The notes: generated by a model from the letters alone, not told the origin. Numbered from the whole stretch's first letter, positions 13,788-27,260 are shown. The stretch is 63,748 bases of DNA, filler included, from Choristocarpus tenellus KU-1152 (GCA_964200185.2; 13 parts of 13 records of this genome joined end to end with filler, not necessarily neighbours in it), one strand, 5' to 3'. Translations and numbers: made by a program.

Positions 13788-14512
13788 GGACATCTGTGTG
13801 TGACCCTCCTTCTCACCCCTCTATATATTTTGCCTCAAATGAGCCTTTCATGTGGTCATGATGTTTAAGTGCAGGTAATGTCAAACCATGTTAGTGGGGA
13901 GTGTAGAAGGATGGCAACATCCTCCACACTTCTGTTTTGACTTTGTACTGGCACAATATATGTAGACCAGGAGAGGGCTGAAAGGGTGCCCCTTAAAGAG
14001 GTATAATCTCTTATTTCAATTTCTCCTGTGATACTGTTTGTATGTCGAGAGTATTTGTGTGAACATGTGCTTATGCTTGGATGAATTGTTCGTCATGTGT
14101 TGTGTATCTTCTTCTACTTATGTTCCTCTCCTTGTACAAGGTAATGTGTGATGAGAGTGTAATGCGGTTGTCATTGTAGAGCTTGTGGAGTAGATAGAAA
14201 ATGTGTAAGAATATAAAAAGATCGGTGCCTGTTGCATGACCTAAAATAAAAAAATCTTGTAGGGTATCATTCTGGGGATATTCATCCACTACCCCAATAT
14301 AATATATCTCAACATGCACTACACAAGCTGTACAATGGATTATCACTGATTTCAGTTATCACAAGCACTCCATGCAGCTCTCAATTTTTTTTTTTGGCAT
14401 CACAGAGGAGAAAAGCTATTCTGACTGCAAATAGGAACACAGACAATGGCAAATAAATAATGGAGAAAAAAATGTGGAGAATGCTGGTAAAATTTATTTC
14501 TACATTGTTTTG

Positions 14513-16043
14513 TTACCCATCAGTTGGAGGCCCTTTGCTTCCAACTCGAGAATCAGCTCTCAACTCTGTTGTATCCATGAGTTTCTCTACTCCATCCTGA
14601 AAATCGTCTACTCTTCCCAGGTCCTTATCAATCCCCTCCTTGCTGTCCTCTCCAGCTTCCTGGTCAAGCCTCAATTGAAGTTCCGAGGTGGTCATATCAG
14701 GCATGTTTTCCCAATGTTCCTCTAGTGCATATTCTACCCTGGCCTCTGCTGACATAACATGCACAATGATGTTGTCGCAGTCAATCAGAATCCAGTCATC
14801 ACAGTCATACCCCTCAGCCCCTGTGTAGCCCATCGCCCGAACTAGCTTGCGTTTCTTGAGCTGTGGGGAGGGGACAACCAAGGAGTCCAAACATAGATGG
14901 GTGAAACAAGCAAAACGGTAAGTTTGGCTTGGCATAAGAGACAGGGATTATGGTATTTGGGGAGGTGATCCACCACATCCCCGAACTTCATCTGTGGCAC
15001 ACCACCAGAGGGACACAAGCCCAACAATTGATGTCTCTGGATCATCCTTCCATCACTACAGCTTTCTTTGGTGCCATGTCCTATGCCATTTGATATTTTC
15101 TTCTAGCACACTTCAGAAACTGGCCACGATTTCTCGTAACTCTTTCATCCTCTGACTAAAACAGGTCTGTGGTAGAGACACAAGGCTAGCTTTATGTGTT
15201 ATGACTGTGCCAAGTAGTTACCACTCAACCATACGAATAAAGCTCCAATAACATGGTTTGGCTCAGCACCTCCGCGCAAGGAGAGGGATAAGAATGTCGT
15301 ACACATTCAAGTTCTTACTTTTATGGTCAACGTCCTATTCCTGCTTACCGCTTGGACGAAGATATCCGCGAGACGTCGCATTTGCACAACGGTTTGACCA
15401 GTACAGAAAATCATGGCCTCTCCCATGTCGGACTTGTTTTCAAGATTCACAACACGGACGTCTGCCGCACCATTTTCCTCCAGTGCCTTCACAGCCTCCT
15501 CTATAGTGATGAGCACCCTGAAGGACCCAGAGGTGATTCACGACATAATTGAGAGTTGAAGGTACGCCACAGGGATCATTCATTAGCGCACAGCTCGTCA
15601 AGGATGATCACGGCTAAATTCACACTAGACATGGCATCTGAATGTGAGCTCAGTAACGACGAGCTCTTAGATATCCCTGGGATCAAGTGAACATGAATTA
15701 TCTAGAGATAACGTAATTCCATCAGCATCAACCGGAATGCAGTTAGATGTACAAAGTTTTTATGGTGATAGAGCACCAGATCTTTCTACCTTGGCTTGAT
15801 GGGAATCACAGGAGGACCTCTCCCAGGTCTTCGGGGAGTTGGAGTTGACCATGTCCATGTACTTCCAGGCTGGGCATCATAGACTGGTGGCGACGAACTG
15901 GCCAGACAACGCAAGTTCAAAGTTGGTCCTGCCACATTGTCTGGAACGTGAGTCGTCCACTTTACCCCTGACCTTCTGACTGCAAGGGTTTTCTGTCCCC
16001 TATAGGCGAGTGCACGTAGAGTAGAGGCTACTGTTGAGGACAT
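14513..16043 (-). CDS. rsfS: Ribosomal silencing factor RsfS/Iojap (MALSU1-like), probably mitochondrial; exons 16043-15790, 15517-15349, 14860-14513
   Basis: ALEENGAADVRVVNL..MIFCTG..QMRRLAD, and EGYDCDDWILIDCDNIIVHVMSAEARVEYALEEHW (RsfS signature). Arg/Ser/Thr-rich N-terminus. GT-AG introns stay in frame. Confidence 0.9.
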
Positions 16044-16164
16044 CACAACCTCAATGTATTCTTACCATCAAAGAGATAAAAGGTGAAGATTGATCAAAGG
16101 TGTGCCTACCCAATATCATAGAACGCCCACCAATACTTCAAAGTTACTCATCTTCACACTCCTA

Positions 16165-17377
16165 ATGTTTTCCACTACTTCCCACACCCTCTGTTTCGGT
16201 CTTGAGAATGGAGTGTTCACTGGCTCAATGCATCCTTCCTGGATTATGATGTCGATGCCAAAAGGTCCTCAAAGAGCATCATCCCCAACCTCTTCGAACA
16301 GACCCTTGTCATCGTATGACAGAACAAGCGGTCCTGTCAAGGCCTTTGTGGGAGGCCTAACCGACCTCTTTGTTGGGTGGAACGGGCGTAACCCTTCCTT
16401 GGATGTGACCTCTCCTCCACCGTTGAAGAGTGCCCTCTCTCTTCTGGAACTTGAGGCAGGGTTGGAGGAGGAGTATGCCAAGAATTTCCTATGGAATGGT
16501 GATATCAACCAGGACTTGTATGAGGTGAGGATATTGGTCTTCTTGTAGGATCTCCAACTCCAGCAATTCCCCCTTGACCGATATGAACTTGGCGTGGATG
16601 AGCTTAATTGGTCTCTACAGTAGACGTACAAAGTAGAAAGAATCAAGATATCTGACTACCTGCAGACTTCTCGTGCACCACCCCTGGGTCTCTCTACAGG
16701 AGAACTGCTCCTTCACAGACCCGACATTGTCCTTTTCAGGTCTGACGACATACAAAAAAAATGTTGGCAGCTTGCAGGGGTTGTTAAATGCCCTGGTATC
16801 AGACAGCCGATCAATACTTTACTCCTGCGACCTGTTTGAGGCAAGTCTAACGTGGAGTGGGTGGGTGGGGGCAGAACAACAGGACGTTCATTGCAGATCT
16901 TGTGGACGGCCACACTTGTGCCATTCTATTTGTGATCTTTTTTCTACATGCGAGTGTGACGTGACAGACACATAATGTGCGACAATGAACCATCACTTAC
17001 AAGTTGCCACAGTGCGCGTTAGAATTCGAATCCACTCACATTGAACTTTTATATCTTTGTTTCCGAGCAAGGTCACGAACCTTCCACTCTACCCCCTTCC
17101 TCCCACTACCATCAAAATCCGAATTGAGTAGGAGGAGTGCTGTGTGCGGACCCGGTGGCGTATGTTAGGGGCTCTGCGTCTTCCATGGTCTCCTGTAATA
17201 GATGTCACTGGCAGGACAGCTTTCACGTACGATACCGATCGAGGTAATCGCATCGTGTCGTACGACGAGGTATGGGAAATTGAGCCTGCTGAGGCATTGC
17301 TACAACTCTTCCAGCCAGGACGCGATCTCCCTCTAGAGGATACAGATGCCACAGTGTCTGTGTCAAGGGATCACTGA
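16165..17377 (+). CDS. DUF2358 / SnoaL-like (NTF2-fold) protein; exons 16165-16524, 16700-16840, 17132-17377
   Basis: GDINQDLYEENCSFTDPTLSFSGLTTYKKN...TRWRMLGALRLPWSPVIDVTGRT...IVSYDEVWEIEPAEALLQLF is typical of the DUF2358 family. The second intron needs a GC donor. The start codon is uncertain. Confidence 0.82.
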
Positions 17378-17760
17378 GTGGTTGCAAGTGGTACTACTCT
17401 GTCTGCAGTTTGATACCATTATCCCTACTGTAGTTCCTTAACTTGGGGACTTTCATCTTCCTTCCAGGGGTTCAATGTAGGACGAATGGTGCCCCTGACT
17501 GTAATGATGATCCTGTCTATCACTGTGGCATGCATCTTGGTCTTGTTACTCTTTGGTGATTGAGGTCTGACCCCTTTATCACCCATCCCTTTTGCACAGT
17601 ATTAATCGTTTTCTTAAATAGCATGTAAGAAATTTGAAGCTTACATCCTTCATTGTTGCAGCTAGATGGGCAAAGTAGCCCAAACTTCTAGAAGCAGATA
17701 CTGGAGTAGAAACTCAGTGTTCTTTTCACACTATAGCCGTAAACTTGGAGACAAAGCTGC

Positions 17761-20700
17761 CTAAACCTTGACCCCAATTGAGTCCAGCATATCCAGAATG
17801 TCTGTGTATACCAAGATCCCCTGGGCAGGAAGGAGGGGGCACAAGAGGGGGTGGAAATTGAACGTAAGCTTGTGCTCTCTTGAATACTTCACAAGGGAGT
17901 TGAATACAATGAGTTAATGCAGGCACCCTAGTTTTACACTAGAAGTATCTCTTTACATATAGTTTTGTAAGAATTGGTGTTTTATGTGCCGTCCCCATTA
18001 TAGTACTGAGTACAAATATTTTCGGCACTTACCAAAGGATATTTCTCAGATTGCCCTACCTCTTCTTTTGATTGAAGCGGACATTAGTCTGTTCACAAAA
18101 GTGTGAAGTATTGCAGTGAATTTGATCCGCACCTTTTAAACAGTACCACCGCACCTTTAAACAGTACCAGGAGGTGAGGGGTCAATCAACAGTACTACGA
18201 TGTGCTAGGCAGTACATGCTATCTGTACAAGGCCAAGCAATGTAATCATTTCCTCTCTGCACTGGGGAGAGTAATTGTGCACTTAAAATGTATCAGAAAA
18301 AAGGTGTTAAGATTTGTTTGATACTCTTGAACTGCATGAAAAGAACTGAGAACATTGTACATACTGAAGAACTAATTGCCACGTTTTCAAGTGACAATAC
18401 ATAACCCTGATCGTAGTGCATTAAATAGTCAACCATAGGCAAAAAACTAGTGCGATAGATATATTAAAAAAGATGAAGGGTTTTAGACTTTGGGGAACTT
18501 CCTTGTAGATTCTGGATTTTGCCCCCCTAGAAATGGCCTCATTCAGTAGGCAAGTCATGCCTCAGGCTGAGCGCAAAACTCCAGTGGCACCTTTTCCATC
18601 CAGGTGTAATGCCCTGGCTTAGGTTTAATGGAAATTTTGTTCCATGAATTATTCAAAGTATAAAGTTAATAGAATATTTGAAGAATAACCTAACTTGCCT
18701 ATTTGGGTCTTAGCAGGAAAGTGGTGGTATAATAGGAATAGTGTATGTGGAGTTTATTATTAAAAAAAGGTGTACCATCCCAATGTATACATATAGATGT
18801 AACTAGAATGTATGCTCTTTATATAAATCTACTAGTATGATCCATTTCATCCAGGGCTCGCTAAATTATGTCAGCCAAGCCCCCCCCCCGGAAATTACAG
18901 TTGACCAATGAGAAGGCCACCTTCTACTTTTGCCTCTTCATTTCTCTAATCTCTAGTATAGAACTTTCTCTGTTAGCATCAATTCAAATGGTTTGCATAG
19001 ATGAGAAGAAAAAGAATGGTCAAAATTAGGGGGTTGACAGCACACACCTTCTAAGGGTGGTCTCTTCTCTTATCAATTTCCACCTGTTGGAATGAAGATG
19101 CCACGAGGTCGTACAAAAAGTGTAGAAACAAAATTTTCATACCCCCCATGATGCAATACACATTCCTATCCCTCAAAAAAATTCACGCAGGTCATGCTGA
19201 GAAAAAACAACACAGGTAAAACATTTGTGTTGCCAAGTCATAGGTTAGCACTAGCACCATCAGGAGGCACAATAGCAGCGTCTAAAAATATAACAAAATT
19301 TTAATGCTAATGGATTCACCTTGTCTTTGAACCGGTATATGACTTGATTGCCCTCAAACACCAACGTACCACCCTGTTGGGTGATGAGCTCTTTGTCGGG
19401 GGGACTAAGTAAATTCCACTTGGAAAGGATCTGGCGCATGTTCTGTAAACGAAGCATAGCCAGCTCGAATGGACGCGAACCCTGCTTGCCCAGCACATCA
19501 AACTCTGACTTGGATACAATGCTCAGTGCTGTGGATGTCCAATCAGCATTGGCACTTCGGTCCCCTGTATAGCCTCTGAGCACCTGGAGTACAAGACACG
19601 CAGGGTGCAGCAAGTGATCATGGGCTAAGTCTAACTTGGTCATACGCTGCTCACTGTGCTTCTTAGTGCTCCCCTTGAATGTTAATGAGCCGTCCCTTTG
19701 TAGAGATGTTACACTCTCTTGGCCAACTTTGATTTGTGTACCCTCCCTTACAGCGTAATGACTGTGATACTGTCACGCCTAATGAACTCCAGATTTCGAA
19801 GGCTCTGGTGCACATCACTTGGCATTTTGGGCGATCAGCAAGTGCTTTCTCAAAGGTTGTAGGGCAAGTAAACTTGGTGGAATAGGGAAAATAAGAGGGT
19901 GGGGTTCACACAGCTAGCTACTAAAGGAGTGATACTCCACTGTCAGTAGCATTTCTCAGCTGCACCTAACGTACGGCAATAAAGGCAGTTTGTCATGGGA
20001 ACTTCACTTTCATGTACATAAAAGTATCAGCGAGACAAAGTTTACTGGCAATCCCTACCTGCCCCTACCATATTGCAATAAAGACATGCGGTGTGATAGT
20101 TCATTTGCCAGACACAGAATTATCAGGAAGAGACTTACCAAAGAGAAAGAATCACCACAAACGAGTTCCAGCAGATTTGACCTCATGCTACACCGAGATC
20201 CTCATTCCCATCGAATCTTTCCCATTGTCCTGGACGTCGCAGGTGTGACTTGCCTCTTGGATGGTTCCAGGAGACCCAATACCAGCCAGCATAGGAAGCA
20301 GACGCAAGTAGGGATTGACCTTCTTACCCCCCGGCAAGCTGGGCTCAAAGCCATTAGAGAAGCCAAGCTTTTTATAAGCCGCTCCGGTTTCATCCTGCCA
20401 AAGTTGTTCAAGCATACATATCATTCAGACATGGTCAATGGCATGGGATGGAGAGGAAACCACAACGAAGTAATTGAGAAACTGAGGTCGGAACGTGGAA
20501 TCATTTCCAAGCCTCGACTTACGGGGAACGCTAGGAGTACACCCCCCTCCAATCTTTCACTCCACCTTACCATGTAAAGGCTGTCGAGAGGAAAGCCAGT
20601 CTCGGCACAAAAATCCTTGGCGGCAGTAATGGTTCCCATGCTCACACCAACCAAGTTTACTCCTGAGTCGTCTATCTTGGGCAGGTAATGGCGGAGCTTC

Positions 20701-21475
20701 TGCGCGTACTCCCTTTAACAGAGTAGAAACGTTGGATATCGACGAGCGAAGTGGGATACATGAATAGAAAAATGTCGAGACATACTATCCCAAGTAGAGC
20801 GACGACCCTGACAAGCCCTTGATTCATATGTCATCGTGAAGAAAGCTATGGGCTCACCAGGAGTTGAAGTCCGCCGTGTGCGTTAGGAAGGCAACTATTG
20901 TCTTGGTTCCGGGCATCCGAGCCCAAACACTCGGCAATTCTAAGATCTCGCCAGTGGATGCGCTCGTAACCTCGACTCCCCTTAGGATCTGCTTCCCAAG
21001 GCAATTGGCATACCAGGCGTGGCCTCGAGGCCAAGTTGTCTCCAGTCAGTTGAAATACTGGATACTTATCGGTTCAATGCACCCCGAGAGTGAAATATGC
21101 GAGAAAAAAACCCTCTACGTTGAATAATCTGAGCTTGTGGGAATGTTCTTGCAGTTCAAGGCCTGTCGAATGCCCACGACATATAGATTCAGCGCACCAG
21201 GTCATCCATACATGCAGAACCAGGCAGAGCATATCCTTTCATTCACCTCTATCGTATTCCATACAAATCGCTCGAGAGAGGGAATTTCTGACCTCGTATT
21301 CTCCGGAAGTTTCCATGCTCATGGGCATGCTCATGGAGGTAGAGGGGTGCCCCACAGGTAGAGCCCTTGTCAGGACAGGCCTAGCAACTTGCGATCTTCC
21401 TGCCCGTGAAACAGAGAAAGCGGCGGCGTTGCTAGCGAGGACAAGCCCGAACGCAAAACCAGCCGCCCACCTCAT
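17761..21475 (-). CDS. Plastid-targeted AhpC/TSA-2 (peroxiredoxin-like) protein; exons 21475-21293, 20988-20858, 20712-20571, 20394-20254, 19583-19320, 17820-17761
   Basis: Signal peptide ending AAA|F. Motifs FLTHTADFNSWEYAQKL, FCAETGFP, MLAGIGSPGTIQEVLRGYTGD, RPFELAMLRLQNM and TQQGGTLVF. All six exons splice in frame. Confidence 0.85.
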
Positions 21476-21689
21476 TCTGCCCTTGGTCTCTTGGTCTTAT
21501 AGGGAGGCTTCCCTCTTCTCTTGCTACTCTCTTCGTGTTGTGCTACGTATTGTTCAACGACGTTATTTTTTCATTTTGATGTCATTTTAATAGGGTTAAG
21601 GTATCAATCAGTTGACACTCTCATCAACTTCACTCTCCCCTACCTAAGGGTCCTTATTTCCTCTCTTTTGTCGGTCAGGGCTTTGAAGA

Positions 21690-23725
21690 ATGGCAGACAA
21701 CGACGGCAGCAAGTCGCGATTGGGTGGATTCCTCCCATTTACGGAACCAGAACGAGGCACAACGCCAGTATTAAGACAACTCCCCTTCTACAAACCTTGG
21801 TATCCTGCCATCCCAAATGCACAAGGGGAACCTGCCTTCAACCCGGGATGGATGGGCGAGTCATGTGGGATGAGGCTGGTTATGGGAACAGTCGGGGGTG
21901 AGTGAATCTCGGGTATGGCCTCCTTGTTTGGTCTATTGCATTTGGTGGCACTCTCTATTACCAGTTGTGGGTATCTCCCTTCGTTTAACAGATTAAGAAA
22001 TACTTGGTGGACTTGGCAGGATTCCTACCGGCAGGGTTTCATACCGTGGTAGGAGATAATAGAATAGGCCTTACTGGGGTGTGTGGAGTAGATCCAGTTG
22101 TCTCCTACCGTCAGACACTGCTGAGCGCACCCAGAGTTTCTTGGAACTGACAAAGCAATGTCGCGAGTAACTCCCAATTGAACAAGTGAACATTATAATC
22201 CTATCCTGAGTGATGTCACAGAGCAGAGATACCTATTTTCTAGCACGATTGCAGCTATTTCCTTGGGTTGAACTTCTCCTGCTCCTTTGTCTTTACCTGC
22301 TTTGGGTGTACCTTTTATCGTGCGGTAGAGGAACATTATCCTTCTCCGTGGGTATGCCCACATTTGTCGTGTTCTTGGAAGCGGCAATCGAATCTCGCCA
22401 TTGCGTTCTTGAAATTATAATCGACATTTGGTCGTTTATTTATGACATCATTGTATTCTGTTGGTCCTTTCTCTGGCGCATCAAGAAAGGTGCCAAGGGA
22501 ACCCCCTTCAATTGGATATCCCATGAGGCCTAGCACCACAGCACTGTTCGCACGCTCCCTCGATCTTGTCCTTCCTGCAGATGATCCAGCTCCCTGCTGA
22601 ACGTGCGTGATGTCCTGATCGTCGCTACAAAGCTCGAAAATGAGTTTGCCATGCAATCCACTCTTCGCCCTCACCATTCCACACGGGTACCTCTAATCTG
22701 TACGTAGAATCCCTCCTCCTCTGCAAGGGTTGTGATTGCAACTGCTGTTCCTGTTGTTCTGGCCACCCTATCATAGCCTATGCTCCTTGCTGGGCCAATG
22801 TATTCGCTGCGGTCAAAGCCACATGCTCCCCTAGCTGTTCCTCGACCCTCACTTGAACAGCTGCCTCGATTTCTGTCACCATGTCTCGGTCACACCCTGA
22901 AGCCATGACGTCCCTGACTCTTCCTTCTGCTGCCTCCTTAAATCAAGTGGTACACGTATACCCTTGGGTCTGTAGTGCACTATGCGGAAGATAGTTCGTT
23001 TTAAAACGTATTCACATGCTCCCAAAGAGCATGGTGCTTTACCAAGAAGATAATGACGTAGAATATGCTTTTATTAAGTTTACAGTGAAGAGTGACACCT
23101 ATCCACAAAGGGGGGAGCTAGTTCCTAGTCTTCATGATCACTCTTTCGCATGATTCGGTGTATCACTGATAGAAACATTTCCAGCAGATCATAGGTATAT
23201 TTCCTAAAATGTTTCTTCAACATCACTATATTCTAATTTTCTGATCCGTCACAAACCTACCGCCTTACACGCATTTTCTTGTTACGTACACGATTCATTC
23301 TTTGTCTGTACTGATGACAACATTTGATGTGTACGGTGTGCTTTGAAGCATCTCCTCATGTGAAAAAAGCACCTCCACTCTTTCTAGTGCTGTACTTGTG
23401 TATATTGTCTTCGTAGGCATGTACTCAACTACAGGAATCTTGCAGCATGCAATGCAGGAAAAGTGGATGCAGACAAGGTAAACAATAGACGCCACATCCG
23501 GCTTGAGAGCCTAAATCTTCTCATTGTAACGCCTAGTTCGATTTTTTCGTTCATTTTATTGGCGTAGTTAACCTAAGCTGTTCCCCATCCTTGTTCAACC
23601 TTGTTTACCTGCAAGGGGCGGGAATGGGGTTCCTTTTTGGAATGTTCCTTGGGGCGATGGGGGACATGCAGCCCTTGCATATGATCAATGGCCGGGAGGT
23701 CCCACAAGCACCTCTGAAGGAGCAG
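21690..23725 (+). CDS. TIM22: Mitochondrial inner-membrane translocase Tim22 (5' part); exons 21690-21897, 23616-23725
   Basis: MGESCGMRLVMGTVGGAGMGFLFGMFLGAM...VPQAPLKEQ matches the Tim17/22/23 family, with the Tim22 'ESC' motif. Truncated by the contig end. Confidence 0.85.
21950..23290 (-). mobile_element. LTR-like sequence plus gag-like relic in the Tim22 intron
   Basis: The reverse complement of 22700-23290 aligns with 30243-30769 (TGTAC start, AATAAAGCATATTCTAC, TTAAGGAGGCAGCAGAAGGAAGAGTC). A degraded ORF follows. The left boundary is approximate. Confidence 0.65.
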
Positions 23726-23896
23726 GTCAGTGCACATGTGTGNNNNNNNNNNNNNNNNNNNNNNNNNNNNNNNNNNNNNNNNNNNNTTAATTAATTAANN
23801 NNNNNNNNNNNNNNNNNNNNNNNNNNNNNNNNNNNNNNNNNNCTGTGCTCTGATGGGAGGCTTGTTTAGTGCCATTTTGTTGCATCGCATCCCCCT

Positions 23897-24240
23897 ATAT
23901 TACATATTACATATTATATATTACATATTACATATTACATATTACATATTACATATTACATATTATATATTACATATTACATATTACATATTACATATTA
24001 CATATTACATATTACATATTATATATTACATATTACATATTACATATTACATATTACATATTATATATTATATATTATATATTATATATTATATATTACA
24101 TATTATATATTATATATTATATATTACATACTACATATTATATATTATATATTATATATTACATACTACATATTACATATTATATATTATATATTACATA
24201 CTACATATTACATATTATATATTACATATTACATATTACA
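23897..24240. repeat. Heptamer microsatellite (YATATTA)n
   Basis: About 340 bp of CATATTA/TATATTA units. Confidence 0.95.
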
Positions 24241-27200
24241 AAAACCAGTGATGTTGTGCACATGAGAAACCCTTATTTTTTTTTTCCTGCTTCATGAAAG
24301 AAAAAAAAACTCGATATTTTTCAACACGCTAAGTACGTTTTTACCAATACTCTATGCCAGGCGTGCCCGATCTGTCATGGACCGACTTGGGATACCCATA
24401 GTTCCATCTGACATCATTACTCGAGATCAAGGACAATTTTCGCCAAGGGGGGATGGCCGGCACTATCACCGGCTTGTTCCCCTGGAGGTGCATGCCTTGC
24501 TTGAGATAGTCATTGCAGACCATACAGCCCCCCTCCCCCACTGATTGCACAGGGCCACAGTTTTTGATTGGTAGAATGTTGTCGATGTCGATTTGAATTA
24601 GAGTGTTCTCTTGTGGTAGAGATGTGTTTCAAGTGTTTAAAGTGTTCTCCCATGATATCACTGGTACTGTTGCGATTGTGAAGTCCTTCTTATTACAATT
24701 AGTGCAATCTGGAGCGATTTGAGTGTGTTCACTACTAGGAGACTGTTCATTGCTGGTGTGCATGAGGGGGTGGGATACACTTTGTTGAATGTACCTGTGG
24801 TCGTGCAAGGGTGATGTGTGTGTGTGTGTGTGTGTGTGTGTTTTGTATGCTATTGGTGGAGTTTTATTGCTCCTTTGTCTGTTGGTGCTGAGAGCATACC
24901 CATGTAGATAATCGTTTGTGCATTTTAGTAGAGGTATAGTGTAGAAGTGGAAGGTGGTTGTTATGGATGAGAGGCAAGCTTGTCTTGCTAGATTCTCAAC
25001 AATTGTGGAATGTTTTTTCCATGTAAGGTAGTTTGTGTTACTCATCGTCTCAGATGCTAACACTGTTTCGCAGGTACTTGTTGTCTGTTATACTGATTGG
25101 ATTTGATTGGATTAGAACGCTTTGTTCTGATTGGTGGTCAAAGTCTCCAGTGGATGTTCTGGTCTATTTGAGTTTTGTGCTATTTTTTATGTTGCATGGA
25201 TATGCTTTAATTGTTGCCTATTCAAGTTTTTGTGTGATTTCTGTATCCATTCTAAGTTGTTTGTTGTCAACTTATTCAATGCTTGGCAGGCTGTTACTGT
25301 TCCTGTGTGAGTTTAATCCACCGTTTGATGTGTTGATACAACACCTGGAAATTAGCAGGATATCTATAGGACACTTGTCTCTACTATACAGTAGGTGATT
25401 ACACCTGGTTGAAAAGACTGAAAATAATTGATTTTAGTTCTGCTCTCTATTACACTCCTTGCTCTCCTTTTATGCCTTTTTGTAGTGGGATCTGGTCAGG
25501 ATTCATCAAGTGGGTGAAACTGTCATTGTCAACCTTTTTGAGATGCGGTTAGCAGTTGGAAGTGAAATGTGACAGGTACTTTGCAAAATCGTTTTGTTCC
25601 TCCATCCAGTGCTATTTTTGGTTACATGCACTACACTCTTCCCCCTTGATGGTGTTCAAGAGACTTCAAAAATTTTGCTTTTAAAAAGTGGATGTTCCTG
25701 ATACTAAAACAATATTTTTGGCATGATTCGTAACTGTCTGAGGGTGACTGGATGAAGGGGGTCATCTTCTTAATGGACATAAAAGCTTGTGTTTTGAATT
25801 TTCCAATTTTTGAACTTGAAGATGACTGAAACGTAAAATGGAGGGTCAGATTCGATTGATTATTTTTTTCTTTAGTAGGTCCAAGTAAACGAGAGGTGCC
25901 CAGGTTTTGACGGTTTTTTATTTTAAGCCGGTCTTTTCGTCTCTTACTATTCACCTTTATTTCTATGGATGGTGTGTTAGGATTGACTTGATAGCATTGA
26001 TTTTTCCATTGTTCGAGAATATTTGACAGAATCAAGAAAATTCATAGATGCGTTTCTACAAGAATGTAAAGAATTTTGTGCGTGTTTTGTCAGCGTCCTT
26101 GAAATGCAACCGTGGGTACCTTTTGTTTTACTTTGACTCTGTGTATGTATGCCGTGTGCTCTGCCAAGATTCTGGGTAGGATTTCCTTGTGAGGTGAATT
26201 GGACTGTTGAACAATTAGAGTCCAATCCAAGCACACACGGAAACGTTTTTAGTTAACGATATCATACATGTGATTCATGCTCACACCAATCCTGTTGATC
26301 CACAACTCAAAAGATGATGGAGAACTGTGCTTCCGTTCATGTCCCATGTATGCCCTACCACAGCAGAAAATATTTTTTTCACACTTCAGACACAGCAGAA
26401 TTTGAGTGTCACAGCTCACTGTTTCATTATTAGTGGGTACCACACGACAAAGCATCGTTCTGACAGCGGATATCATACAGTAGCAGTAGTGTAATGGCGA
26501 ATGGGCTTGGGTGAATGTTGTTTAACCAATAAATACAATTTTTATTCCTAGTAGTTGTCACCGAGTGGATTGTGTTCTTAAACTCTTTTGTGAAGAAAGG
26601 GAATTACACTGACTCCATAATTGCTCCAAAGTGTCAAGGTATGATGCCGTGGACACAGGAAAACATGTATTATATACCAATGCATGCTCGCTCATAGGCA
26701 ACCCGAGGAGTGATGAAGTCGAAGTCCAGTCTGTATCCTAGCAATATAATGTGGCATACCCGAAGATGTCATGTCTACGTGACACTGCTGCATGCTGGAC
26801 CCCCACTCCCTCAGCACATACATACACCACCACATATGTTTCAGTACGGATGGCCTCATCCAGTGCTCACTGGCACACTCCTCCATGTCATCTCTCTATC
26901 TCTCTTGATATTGCCTAATCCCTCCTCTCTTGCTGTCTTGTTTGAGCATCATCAGGAGAGTGCTCCATGTTGTTAGTGGTTACCTATGATAAATTTTTGT
27001 TTTTCCAGGCATTCTTCATTTCAATTCTATGAGATGCCTGGATCTGCAGCTCTTTATATCTGCAGCTCTTTCTGGTGGTGTTTCCTGAGGTTACACAATG
27101 TTTCATCGACGAATCAGCACATGAAACGGGTTATTTTGAATTTACTTTTATACATACATATAAACATATGAAATAAAAGGTGGGTAAAGGCATGTCAATC

Positions 27201-27260
27201 GTACACATACAAAGAACAATATCTGATCGATACGTTATGTTCAACGCAAAATTTACATCT

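Noticed and set aside
19990-20577. 195-aa plus-strand ORF and other antisense ORFs over real genes
   Set aside because: They are shadows of minus-strand exons and introns of the AhpC-like gene, with no independent motifs.
23853-24297. YYILHIT-repeat proteins
   Set aside because: Translation artefact of a heptamer microsatellite.
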